The notes under the pieces: model-generated
The model's input: the letters and a program-made list of their open reading frames with translations, nothing else
The model's database searches: none
Told to the model about the DNA's origin: nothing
Shown here: positions 7,096 through 15,937 of the stretch, in pieces
Numbering within the stretch: the stretch's first letter is position 1
How the letters are laid out: each line of letters starts with the position of its first letter
Translations under genes and position numbers: made by a program
From: a virus
Taxonomy: Duplodnaviria; Heunggongvirae; Uroviricota; Caudoviricetes
DNA length: 42,662 nucleotides
IMG/VR virus record: IMGVR_UViG_3300046011_008537
Strand: one strand, 5' to 3'

Positions 7096-7112
7096 AAGTA
7101 GTATAGTATAAT
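7084..7112 (+). promoter_or_regulatory. Sigma70-type promoter for gp59-gp32
   Basis: TTGACT (7084-7089), 17 nt, TATAAT (7107-7112). Confidence 0.8.
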
Positions 7113-7132
7113 TATTGAGTAGGTGAAACAAA

Positions 7133-7729
7133 ATGTCAGGATATACAGCTTGTTGCTTATATCGAGCCTTAAAACTACATTTTACAACAGATTATGATTT
7201 CAATAAGTATAAAGGAAAAGTAAAATATACTCCTGCGCAGTTTGATAAAAATTCACATAAATATGTGTATGAAAAACTTGCAAAGAAATTTAGCGATGAG
7301 GATCTTAAAAAATTCTTTATCGCTAATTTTTTGCAAAACGAAAACGTATGGGTTCAAGACTTGTTATCGCAGGAAGCATATGAAAATTTCGTAAAGTTTA
7401 ATACGAAATGTCAATCATTATCTTATGTATTTGAAGGCGAGTTAATATCAATTTTTGGTGAAGAAAATCATAAATTGTTATTCAAATCAAATAGTGATGA
7501 CCTTCCGTTATTATTAACGAAGTTATTACGAAATGAAGTTTCTCCGGAAACTATATTAATTATGAATGAGTTTTTACATTTTCTACCTAAATGGGAAGTA
7601 AATATTAAAGATGAATTTGTTTGGCCGAAAGTTAAACTTAAATTGTTTAAATATAGGTCGTTTTTAGAGTATGATAAAAGTAAATTCAAAAAGACGTTTA
7701 TTAATACAGTTAAAGAATTTACCGAGTGA
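7133..7729 (+). CDS. gp59: Helicase loader gp59
   Basis: Y.ALKLHFT.DYDFNKY.GK N-terminus, FIANFL, ETILI; between gp33 and gp32. Confidence 0.9.
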   Translation: MSGYTACCLYRALKLHFTTDYDFNKYKGKVKYTPAQFDKNSHKYVYEKLAKKFSDEDLKKFFIANFLQNENVWVQDLLSQEAYENFVKFNTKCQSLSYVFEGELISIFGEENHKLLFKSNSDDLPLLLTKLLRNEVSPETILIMNEFLHFLPKWEVNIKDEFVWPKVKLKLFKYRSFLEYDKSKFKKTFINTVKEFTE

Positions 7730-7790
7730 AATAAGTTGTGTTAAGTTGTTAATACATTGTTTAAATTAATTGTTAATAAGGTGTTTATAT

Positions 7791-8723
7791 ATGGACTTTT
7801 CTAAATTAAAAAAATCATCAGGCTCAAACTTAGAAAAAATGGCTAAAGCTGTTGAGCAAATGGCTGGCGGAAATCAAAATAGCGATGCAGATGAATACTG
7901 GAAATGTGAGTTAGACAAATCTGGTAATGGTTATGCAGTTATTCGCTTTCTTCCAACATCTCCAAAAGATGCGGAATCAGATGGTCTTCCATGGGCAAAA
8001 TACTATGATCATGGCTTTCAAGGTCCAGGTGGTTGGTATATCGAGAAATCTTTAACGTCAATCGGTCTTGACGATCCGTTAGGAAAATATAATAGCGAAC
8101 TATGGGAATCAGGAATTGAGGCTAACAAAGAGCAAGCACGTAAGCAAAAACGTCGATTGCATTATGTCTCTAACATTTATATTGTTAAAGATACAAAACA
8201 TCCTGAACATGAAGGAAAAGTATTTAAATATGTTTATGGTAAGAAAATTTTTGAAAAAATTACTCAAGCCATGAATCCTCAGTTCGAAGATGATAAACCA
8301 ATCGATCCATTTGATTTCTGGTCTGGTGCAAACTTCAAATTAAAAATTCGTAAAGTTGATGGTTATCAAAATTACGATTTAGCTGAATTTGATAGCGCAG
8401 GTCCGTTGTTTGATGATGATGATAAATTAGAAAAACTTTGGAAATCACAATATTCTTTACAAGAATTATTGGAACCTAAAAACTTTAAATCTTATGCAGA
8501 TTTAGATGCTAGATTAAAAAGAGTTTTAGGTCAAACTAATCAATCAAAATATAAAACTGCTGAAGATTATACAGCAAAATCTCTTGATGAGGTTGAAGAT
8601 GAAGTATTTGTACAAAACGTAGTTGAAAAGAAAACTACTGCTTCATTTGCTAAAGCAGTAATTGATGATGAAGAAGATGATGATATGAGTTATTTCAGTA
8701 AATTAGTCGGTGATGATGACTAA
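7791..8723 (+). CDS. gp32: Single-stranded DNA-binding protein gp32
   Basis: GNGYAVIRFLP, HGFQGPGGWYIE, YGKKIFEKI, DPFDFWSGANFKLK, acidic tail; true start ATG 7791 (MDFSKLKK). Confidence 0.97.
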   Translation: MDFSKLKKSSGSNLEKMAKAVEQMAGGNQNSDADEYWKCELDKSGNGYAVIRFLPTSPKDAESDGLPWAKYYDHGFQGPGGWYIEKSLTSIGLDDPLGKYNSELWESGIEANKEQARKQKRRLHYVSNIYIVKDTKHPEHEGKVFKYVYGKKIFEKITQAMNPQFEDDKPIDPFDFWSGANFKLKIRKVDGYQNYDLAEFDSAGPLFDDDDKLEKLWKSQYSLQELLEPKNFKSYADLDARLKRVLGQTNQSKYKTAEDYTAKSLDEVEDEVFVQNVVEKKTTASFAKAVIDDEEDDDMSYFSKLVGDDD

Positions 8724-8726
8724 ATG

Positions 8727-8752
8727 AAAAAGGGAGCTTCGGCTCCCTTTTT
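8727..8752. terminator. Bidirectional intrinsic terminator with a C(UUCG)G tetraloop
   Basis: AAAAAGGGAGC-TTCG-GCTCCCTTTTT between convergent genes. Confidence 0.95.
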
Positions 8753-11665
8753 TTATGCTTCATGAGTATTGGTTCTCCACATATTGCCTTCTTCCATCAT
8801 TTTTATAGTTGGGTCGTCATTTCTAACAGGAGGCACTGATTTTGCTACCCCAGGATTATTTCTTGGAGGAGCAGCAGCTTGTTGCTGTGCTTGTTGAGGA
8901 GCTGTTTGGGTATTTCCCCCTCCTTGTTTCATATTTTCAATACCTTCTAGGTATTCCTTGCTTCCTGTAATATTATTACGCCTTTCATTTAACGCTCCCA
9001 TTTCCGTACTAATATCTTTTATGCGGTCTTCGTCTTTATTAAATTGTTCTCCGCTAACATTAACTGCCATACTTATGTTTTCGCGTTCGCTTTTTAAACT
9101 AGCCTTTTGCGCATCAATATCCCCAACTTCAGCTTGCATATCATCCATTTTAGAATTAGGAACTGGAGATGCTTTATTAGTCGACAACTTTTCTTCATTA
9201 GTTTTAGCACGGTCAGCAGATAATTTATCTTGTCTTTCGTGTATGCTATCTGTATCTTCGTCAAAAAATTCATATTTTGTTGAATTCATTTTATCAACTG
9301 CATCATTTAATAAATCAACTTGAGATTTATTATTATCTGGTCCAGTTGTATTTGTTACATTAAGTTTTTCTGAATCAGGAACATCGCTGTATGAGACAGG
9401 ATTTTCTTGACTGTTTGTTTCTGTATTTAATGGAAAATTATTACTTTCATCTGGGTTATAAGATGCATTAATAAAACCTGTATTATTTGGTTTTTCTATT
9501 TTAGTTATTGGTGTTGATGTTTTAGATTTTGATGCAGTTTGTATTTCATCAGATGGAGCATCCCCTACTTTTTTTCCATATGTCGCATAGTGATCAGCTA
9601 AAGCTTTTCCATATCTAGAACTAGTTGCATACCCAGAACTGCCCATCTCAGCAATAGCTTGCTCTGGGGTTTGAGCTTTTAATGCTTTATCGTATCTTTT
9701 AATTTTATTTTTCTCTAGAAAGTCAAATCTATCTTTAACAGAATCTTCTTCGGATTTATATCCTCTAAATCTAGATTTTTCTTTTGACATTTTACCGTTT
9801 CGTTCTTCTGGTGATGATAATTCACCAGTAGGGTCTGTAGTTCCTTGCCCTTTACCTGAATATTTTATACCGAATAAATTATTTTTAGGAACGTGATGCC
9901 CTCCTCCAGTCTCTTCTATGCTTTGTGATGCAGCTAAGTGAGCTTGCGCTTCCGGATTTTCTAAACCTCTTTGTTTTGCTTCTTTTAAAGCTAAGTTGTA
10001 AACTTTATCGTAATGTTCTTGATAATCTTTATGAGGGTTTTTAGATTTATTCCCCTTAATCGGCTCAGCAGTTTTTTCTGACCCACTAGCTGCTCCAGAA
10101 TAAGCTAAACCTGCAGCTGCAGCTCCACCAACAGCCACTCCTTTCAGAACTTTACCAACAGGAATTTTACTTAATACTTTACTCCAAATTCCTGAGCTTT
10201 TTTCGGATTCTTCTTTGTTTAAATCTACGCCCTCTCTTTCATCGCCACCGAAAATTGGAGATGCGGAACCTCCTCCGCCGCCACCGCCTTCGTTTTGTCT
10301 TGCACGTAAATTTTCAGAAGATAAATCTCTAGCAATATCTTGTTGAGATTGACCCTTAACCATAGCTGATACGTCTTTGGAAATTCCAACTACAGTGTCA
10401 TATGTTTTAGATAATATACTATAGATACTGTTTAAAACTTCAACGGCAGTTTTACCCGACATATCACCGCTACCAAAATGACTTTCTCCAGTTGTTCCAG
10501 AATCTCCTCCAGAGGGCATTGAACTTAATGTAGCTTCAGCTGAATTACCTGCTGGCATTAGAGCTCCCATACCTCCTACGACACCTCTAAATGGAGAACT
10601 ACTGCTACTTCCAACATATGCTCCTAGTGCTGCTCCAGGAATTTTTTCTCCATACTCACCAAGTAATTCTTTGCCTTTATTTTTTATTTTATCCCATACA
10701 CTTTCTTCTGTCGTGCCTTCTATAGCACCTTTTAATATATTTCCAGCTTCATCTACTAATCCAGGAAACTTTTCTGTTCCTGCGTCAACCAATTCTTGAG
10801 CTTTATTTTTTGCAGCAAGTTGATCTTCTTCTGATAATGTATTGTAAATTCCAGCTCCGATTCCAGTAGCAGCAGCTCCATACATGCCACCTTTAAGTAC
10901 ACTTTTTCCTAATGTTTTTCCTTCTGATAAAACTTGACGCCCAACAAATTTTCCGGCACCTGCTGCAGCGCCTCCTGCTTTATCTCCCATCCATTCTAAA
11001 GTTCTTCTGATATATCCTTTTTTATTTGGAGTAGTTTCGTCTTTAACTTCTTCTTTGGCTTTTTCAACTAATTTTTCTGTATTACTTTTAAATGGCGTAG
11101 ATTGTTTTCCTGCTTGCTGTCTTTGTTGCTGTACATATTCCTGAGCTTTTTTCTGTGCTTCTGCTTCTTTTTGAGCAGTTGCTGCAGCTTTAGCTTCATC
11201 TGCCAATTCAGTTTCGCTTTTAAATACATTACTATATTTTTTTAAAGAAGGAAGTTTTGATCCAATTGCTTCTGCTCCTCCTTTAAATATAGATCCACCA
11301 AGTTTTAACCCCCCTTTAACAGCAGCTCCACCAACAGCAAGTCCTGCGACATCAGTACCAAAAGAAATTAATGCTTTTCTTTGATTATCAATAATTTGTT
11401 GGTATTCTTTTTGACCTCCAGAAGCTCCGCCTAATTGAGCTGCTTCAACAAATCTTTGAGCATCATCTGCATTTGAAATCTTTTTTAATTGCTCTTGTTG
11501 TCTTGAGGTAAGCAAATTTGCTTTTGTTTCTCTATCAACAATATGTTGTCGTTCTACGCTATTCTTTTGAACCCTAGATAATTCTTCTTTTGTTTTATCG
11601 TATGCGCCAACAGCAAAATCTTTTGCGCTATCTAAAAATGATGAACCTGAATTATTATTTTCCAT
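8753..11665 (-). CDS. gp29-like hub/tape-measure-type protein with a GH73 (glucosaminidase/FlgJ-like) domain
   Basis: 970 aa, Ala/Gly/Lys-rich with glycine-zipper segments; ASQSIEETG...NNLFGIK...FRGY...SV.D...GYATSSRY at about 9580-10020; downstream of gp26 and the gp51-like ORF. Confidence 0.7.
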   Translation of the reverse strand: MENNNSGSSFLDSAKDFAVGAYDKTKEELSRVQKNSVERQHIVDRETKANLLTSRQQEQLKKISNADDAQRFVEAAQLGGASGGQKEYQQIIDNQRKALISFGTDVAGLAVGGAAVKGGLKLGGSIFKGGAEAIGSKLPSLKKYSNVFKSETELADEAKAAATAQKEAEAQKKAQEYVQQQRQQAGKQSTPFKSNTEKLVEKAKEEVKDETTPNKKGYIRRTLEWMGDKAGGAAAGAGKFVGRQVLSEGKTLGKSVLKGGMYGAAATGIGAGIYNTLSEEDQLAAKNKAQELVDAGTEKFPGLVDEAGNILKGAIEGTTEESVWDKIKNKGKELLGEYGEKIPGAALGAYVGSSSSSPFRGVVGGMGALMPAGNSAEATLSSMPSGGDSGTTGESHFGSGDMSGKTAVEVLNSIYSILSKTYDTVVGISKDVSAMVKGQSQQDIARDLSSENLRARQNEGGGGGGGSASPIFGGDEREGVDLNKEESEKSSGIWSKVLSKIPVGKVLKGVAVGGAAAAGLAYSGAASGSEKTAEPIKGNKSKNPHKDYQEHYDKVYNLALKEAKQRGLENPEAQAHLAASQSIEETGGGHHVPKNNLFGIKYSGKGQGTTDPTGELSSPEERNGKMSKEKSRFRGYKSEEDSVKDRFDFLEKNKIKRYDKALKAQTPEQAIAEMGSSGYATSSRYGKALADHYATYGKKVGDAPSDEIQTASKSKTSTPITKIEKPNNTGFINASYNPDESNNFPLNTETNSQENPVSYSDVPDSEKLNVTNTTGPDNNKSQVDLLNDAVDKMNSTKYEFFDEDTDSIHERQDKLSADRAKTNEEKLSTNKASPVPNSKMDDMQAEVGDIDAQKASLKSERENISMAVNVSGEQFNKDEDRIKDISTEMGALNERRNNITGSKEYLEGIENMKQGGGNTQTAPQQAQQQAAAPPRNNPGVAKSVPPVRNDDPTIKMMEEGNMWRTNTHEA

Positions 11666-11668
11666 TTA

Positions 11669-11809
11669 TTAAATATTCCTATTAGCTTCTTGCTGCTTAC
11701 GTTTCTCTTCTTTTTCTTTTAAATACTGTATTAATAAACCTATATAAATTTCCCTTTCCCAAGGGATCATGTCTTCCAGCTCAGTTAAACTATACTTATG
11801 GTGTTGCAT
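11669..11809 (-). CDS. gp51-like baseplate hub assembly protein (46 aa from its ATG; not in the ORF track)
   Basis: My translation: MQHHKYSLTELEDMIPWEREIYIGLLIQYLKEKEEKRKQQEANRNI*. The frame stays open upstream to 11872. Confidence 0.8.
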   Translation of the reverse strand: MQHHKYSLTELEDMIPWEREIYIGLLIQYLKEKEEKRKQQEANRNI

Positions 11810-11859
11810 TAATGAAAAGTTAGTTTTATAATAAGTTGTAAGATTAACATTACCAAGAA

Positions 11860-12585
11860 TTAGATAAAAAAATCAAAAATATCTCTTACTTCAATATGAT
11901 GATCAAAACCGCATTTTACACATACAATATCTAATTTTTTAATTATTTTAGGCTCATTAGCAAAGAATTCTTCTATTTTTAAATATTGTTCAATTGGTAA
12001 ATCGCCCAACCATGCTACAATATTTTGTACTGGTATATCTTTTGTATTATATACTGAATTTTCATCATAAATAAACTCAACATTTCTTGCAATAATTTCA
12101 AGCGTTTCTTCTGGAGTAGGAATCTTATCTCCAATTTTATTATGTTCTAATCTTTGATATTTTAACTTTAATCCAACTTTATCTGAAACTTCAATAGTAG
12201 AAGAAATATCAGATTTAGTAGTTTCCAATTCTGTTAATAGATTTAAATCGTAATCCATTACATTATTACATGTTCTTCCATCTTCTAATATATTTTCGCA
12301 TCTATATTTTAATTCAACAATTTCCGACTCAGATCTTGCTCGTAATTGATAAAATAAAAATTCAGTATCGCTGATTGATAACTCTTCAGTATCAATTGAA
12401 TCTAAAGTACAATTTGAGATTATTTGTTTTATTGCATCTACTAATGTATTTGGGTCGCCAGATTCTTTTCCCATTGCTAAAATTTTTTGTTCTCTGACAG
12501 TATATGGTCTGTATTTTACTGTTAATTCTGAAACAGGTAATTTGACTGTATATACTGGCGATTCAATTTTTGGTAAGAAACTCAT
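11860..12585 (-). CDS. gp26: Baseplate hub assembly protein gp26
   Basis: LPKIESPVY...LP.S...YRPYTVREQKIL...D.EFLF.QLRARS.SE; C-terminal CxxC and DFF. Confidence 0.9.
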   Translation of the reverse strand: MSFLPKIESPVYTVKLPVSELTVKYRPYTVREQKILAMGKESGDPNTLVDAIKQIISNCTLDSIDTEELSISDTEFLFYQLRARSESEIVELKYRCENILEDGRTCNNVMDYDLNLLTELETTKSDISSTIEVSDKVGLKLKYQRLEHNKIGDKIPTPEETLEIIARNVEFIYDENSVYNTKDIPVQNIVAWLGDLPIEQYLKIEEFFANEPKIIKKLDIVCVKCGFDHHIEVRDIFDFFI

Positions 12586-12593
12586 ATTAAATT

Positions 12594-13400
12594 TTATCCT
12601 CTTTTATATGGTGCAGGTGATGAAACGTTAAAATTTGATAACACTGATGTTGCAGCTAAAGGATTTCCGCTTTTAAATGCTCCTTTTATGGTATTTATTG
12701 TGGCTGCAGTTTGAATCGCTGTACCAACTAATTCCATTAATGGGCTTGCAGAATAGTTACCTGATTCTTGTACTTCAAAAAATTCATATTGATATTCAGT
12801 ATATGCAAATGTTACATTTAATGATTGTGCTTGATTTTGAGCGCTCCAAGCAAGTGGAACTTGATTTATTCCTATAGGAAACGCATCAAATAACTTAACT
12901 TGTACAAAAGGTTTTCCATCTATAGTATATTGAGTTATTACTATATCTCTAACATAATCTTTTTTATACTGTACATTGTAAGTTACATCGCTGCTTTGTT
13001 TTTCCCACGAAGCTTTCATTAAATTATTTCTGCCAGTTATAGTTGAAATCCAATTAAAAAAAACTCTTCTTGTAGCTTCAACTCCAGCTCCATGAGTATA
13101 AAATGATAAGGTTACGTCATTATATCCAGTCATAACTGCGAACTTTTCATTTACTCCATATATTTTTTGATTTACTGTTGCAGTGGATTCTCCAGGTAAT
13201 TCTGCTGTGTGACAATAAAATTTTATATGGTTATTTATCTCTGTGCCTTTACTTGGTATCGTAACATCGAAATATGCAGTTCTACCAACATCATATTTCA
13301 ATAGATAATGTAATGCATCTTGATACTTTCCATCGCTGGTTTTTGGTCCAGAACCGCTGAATAAACTTGTTATTCCAGCAAAACTATCCATTAATGCCAT
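12594..13400 (-). CDS. Tail-tube-fold protein (gp19/gp54-like tail tube initiator)
   Basis: YC..AELPG...VTLSFY...FFNW...LFDAFP......LAW...LNVTFAY; position between gp2 and gp26. Confidence 0.7.
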   Translation of the reverse strand: MALMDSFAGITSLFSGSGPKTSDGKYQDALHYLLKYDVGRTAYFDVTIPSKGTEINNHIKFYCHTAELPGESTATVNQKIYGVNEKFAVMTGYNDVTLSFYTHGAGVEATRRVFFNWISTITGRNNLMKASWEKQSSDVTYNVQYKKDYVRDIVITQYTIDGKPFVQVKLFDAFPIGINQVPLAWSAQNQAQSLNVTFAYTEYQYEFFEVQESGNYSASPLMELVGTAIQTAATINTIKGAFKSGNPLAATSVLSNFNVSSPAPYKRG

Positions 13401-13413
13401 TTCGTATTCCTTT

Positions 13414-14046
13414 TTATAGTGTCATATCTTGTGTAGCCATAGATTCTTTCCACACTTGTTGTTTTGGTTTTTTAACAAATGCTTCTATAGGCAAAGAAGC
13501 AGCATACGCCCAATCTTCAGGTGGAATTAATTTTATTCCAGATCTAACATTTGATTTTAAATATTGCTTAAAACATGGTTCAAAAAATGCAAATTCTTGA
13601 ACACCTTTTAAATTTTCATATTTTATGTTTAATCTATCCAATTTTCCATCTTTAAATACATATTTTTGTGCTAAATTACTTAACAAAATTAATCTTGGTT
13701 CGGGCGGTAAATAATGTAAATTTAATCCAGTAAATCCACCTTTGTGTATTCCAGTTAATAAAATTAATGGAAATGTATCATAATATGGTAAGGTTTTTCT
13801 TCCTTTTGGGTCATAATGAAAAAGATACATTTTACCGACTTCAAATGTATCAGTTTTATCTTCTGGTTTTAATAATTCTATTTGTTCCTGTTTAAATTCT
13901 TCTTTTGTTTCTACCGAAGGACTAGTTAATAACTGGATTTTTTCTTTAAACCATTGAATTGCTTCAGTTGCATTGCGTATTGTAAATTTAAAATGAAATT
14001 TTGAATCTAGTGGTTCAGCAGGTCCAGGTGGTTTGTTAATATTCAT
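13414..14046 (-). CDS. gp2: DNA end protector gp2
   Basis: FHYDPK...LPYYDTFPLI...GLNLHYLPP...FKQYL motifs. Confidence 0.9.
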   Translation of the reverse strand: MNINKPPGPAEPLDSKFHFKFTIRNATEAIQWFKEKIQLLTSPSVETKEEFKQEQIELLKPEDKTDTFEVGKMYLFHYDPKGRKTLPYYDTFPLILLTGIHKGGFTGLNLHYLPPEPRLILLSNLAQKYVFKDGKLDRLNIKYENLKGVQEFAFFEPCFKQYLKSNVRSGIKLIPPEDWAYAASLPIEAFVKKPKQQVWKESMATQDMTL

Positions 14047-14490
14047 TTATAATCCTAAATCCTTTTCTGTGAGAACTTTAAATTCCCATTTTCTATCCAT
14101 ACAATATTCTCTTGCTGCTTTCCATTTGGCTTGATTTATTGCGTAAGTACAAACTTCAGTTATATACTGTTTAGTAATTTTCTTTTTAACTTTTGGTTCG
14201 TTTGCCTGATATTCGGGCTTTATTTCAAGCAAATAAGTTTTAGTTCTTCCATCCACCCCTTTTACTTTAGCCCAAATATCAGGAAAATATCTATGTAATC
14301 TATTATCAACTGGAGATTTATATGGAATAACGCATTCTTCGGATGCCCATTCTAATACCGATGGATTATCGTCCATCCATTTAAATACTCTTAATTCCCA
14401 ACTTGATCGATATACAATATTACTTGCATTACCTTTATACTTGCTTGGATTTTTTGGAGTATATATCCCTTGCTTATAGTTTCTAGCCAT
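14047..14490 (-). CDS. gp4: Head completion nuclease gp4
   Basis: KYKG....IVYRSSWE...WASEE..IPY...RYFPD...EIKP...NQAKW.AA. Confidence 0.95.
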   Translation of the reverse strand: MARNYKQGIYTPKNPSKYKGNASNIVYRSSWELRVFKWMDDNPSVLEWASEECVIPYKSPVDNRLHRYFPDIWAKVKGVDGRTKTYLLEIKPEYQANEPKVKKKITKQYITEVCTYAINQAKWKAAREYCMDRKWEFKVLTEKDLGL

Positions 14491-14496
14491 GATAAA

Positions 14497-14521
14497 TATT
14501 TATAAATTATTAATATAAATA
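14497..14521. promoter_or_regulatory. Back-to-back divergent T4 late promoters
   Basis: TATAAATA on the minus strand at 14504-14497 and on the plus strand at 14514-14521. Confidence 0.85.
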
Positions 14522-14554
14522 GTATTTAGTTAAACCAACAAAAAGAATAAAATT

Positions 14555-15934
14555 ATGGCAATAGATCCAAATTCTCCTTTACGAAAATTATATGCAGGTA
14601 AAAATGATATGCCTGTATTAATGTACCCGCATGATCTAGGTAGTTCTAGGAAAGGGCATTTTATAACATTTTCAGTATTAGTTCCGACTAAATCAACATA
14701 TAAAGATTCAGGAGCAGCTAAATCTTCAGCAATCTCAGCATCTAGTCCTGCTGCTGCTCTTAAATCAGCACAAACTGCAATGAATAAAGTTGCTTCTACA
14801 GCATCTGCAGTTACAACAGCTGTAGGAGATGCAACAAAAGCAATTCAAACTGCTGCTGCCGTAGCAAATCAAGCTTTATCTACAGCAAATCAAGTTGTTG
14901 GTTCAGTAGCATCTGTTGTTGGAGTTGTAGCTGGAGCTAAAAGTATTATATCTGGTTCTATTGCAACTGGATCGATCAGCGGATTTGCTAGTGGCGTGGC
15001 TGGATTATCAGTTTTATCAAATGCAGCCACTTCTATTCCTGGAGTTTCTAGTTTCTTAAATGATCCGAGTAAAGCTGCATCGGATGCATTTAATGGAATA
15101 AAAGATTTTATAAACAATCCGCTAAAATCGGTTACTGGCGGAATAGCATCCAAAGCTGCTGCTTTTACAAATACAGGTCCAAAATTTACGCCATCAGCAA
15201 TGAAGCCTTCTGGATATATTAATCTTTATATGCCAGATACTGTATCTATGTCGCAACATGCTGGCTATGGTGACATAAGTATGACTGAAGCATTAGGTAT
15301 TGCAGGAGGAGTTGCAGAAGGATTAGCTGAATCTGGTAGTATTGCAGATAATACAGCATCATTATATGATAAACTAAAAGGATCTAAAGATTTAGGTAGC
15401 GCAATCAAAACAATTAAACAAGCTGATTATGACCCATTAGTATTAGAAGGTGCAGGAAAAATTGCTGGATCAACTGGAGTTGTAGCTAATGGCGGATCTG
15501 TTTCGAAATACTTATTAAAGCAAAATGGATATGCAATAAATCCGCAATTTGAAGTTGTTTTTACGCAAATGGATTTTAGAAGATTTCAGTTTGACTTTAC
15601 GTTTACGCCAAAAAGTAAAGAAGAAGCTGCGACAATAAGAAATATAATAAAATTGTTTAGATATCATTCTGCTCCAGGTATTCACGGAACAAACGAAATG
15701 GGTAGATATTTTGATGTTCCTGCTGTATTTCAAATTGAATATATGCATAAAGAAAAGAAAAATTCAAATTTACATTCCTTTGCTCCTTGCGTTTTAGAAA
15801 CAATTATGGTTGACTATGCTCCAGAAGTTGGTTGGGTTTCTTTTGAAGATGGTATGCCAGTTAAAACTAGGTTAACTCTTCAATTTAAAGAAACTGAAAT
15901 TATGACTCGCGATAAAATAGAACAAGGGTATTAA
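14555..15934 (+). CDS. gp48: Baseplate tail tube cap gp48 with an Ala/Ser-rich insertion
   Basis: LMYP.DL, INLYMPD, INPQFEVVF...RRFQFDFTFTPKS.EEA, CVLETI.VDY, LTLQFKETEI.TR. Confidence 0.85.
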   Translation: MAIDPNSPLRKLYAGKNDMPVLMYPHDLGSSRKGHFITFSVLVPTKSTYKDSGAAKSSAISASSPAAALKSAQTAMNKVASTASAVTTAVGDATKAIQTAAAVANQALSTANQVVGSVASVVGVVAGAKSIISGSIATGSISGFASGVAGLSVLSNAATSIPGVSSFLNDPSKAASDAFNGIKDFINNPLKSVTGGIASKAAAFTNTGPKFTPSAMKPSGYINLYMPDTVSMSQHAGYGDISMTEALGIAGGVAEGLAESGSIADNTASLYDKLKGSKDLGSAIKTIKQADYDPLVLEGAGKIAGSTGVVANGGSVSKYLLKQNGYAINPQFEVVFTQMDFRRFQFDFTFTPKSKEEAATIRNIIKLFRYHSAPGIHGTNEMGRYFDVPAVFQIEYMHKEKKNSNLHSFAPCVLETIMVDYAPEVGWVSFEDGMPVKTRLTLQFKETEIMTRDKIEQGY

Positions 15935-15937
15935 CAT

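Noticed and set aside
8958-9323. Antisense ORF inside the tape-measure-like gene, and similar shadow ORFs (2962, 14890, 24736, 33422, 35145, 36525, 37698)
   Set aside because: All are fully nested opposite strong genes; the composition is explained by codon bias of the real frame.
11663-11671. Readthrough from the gp51-like ORF into the in-frame tape-measure ORF
   Set aside because: The frames match, but two tandem TAA codons separate them, and AGGA lies upstream of the ATG.
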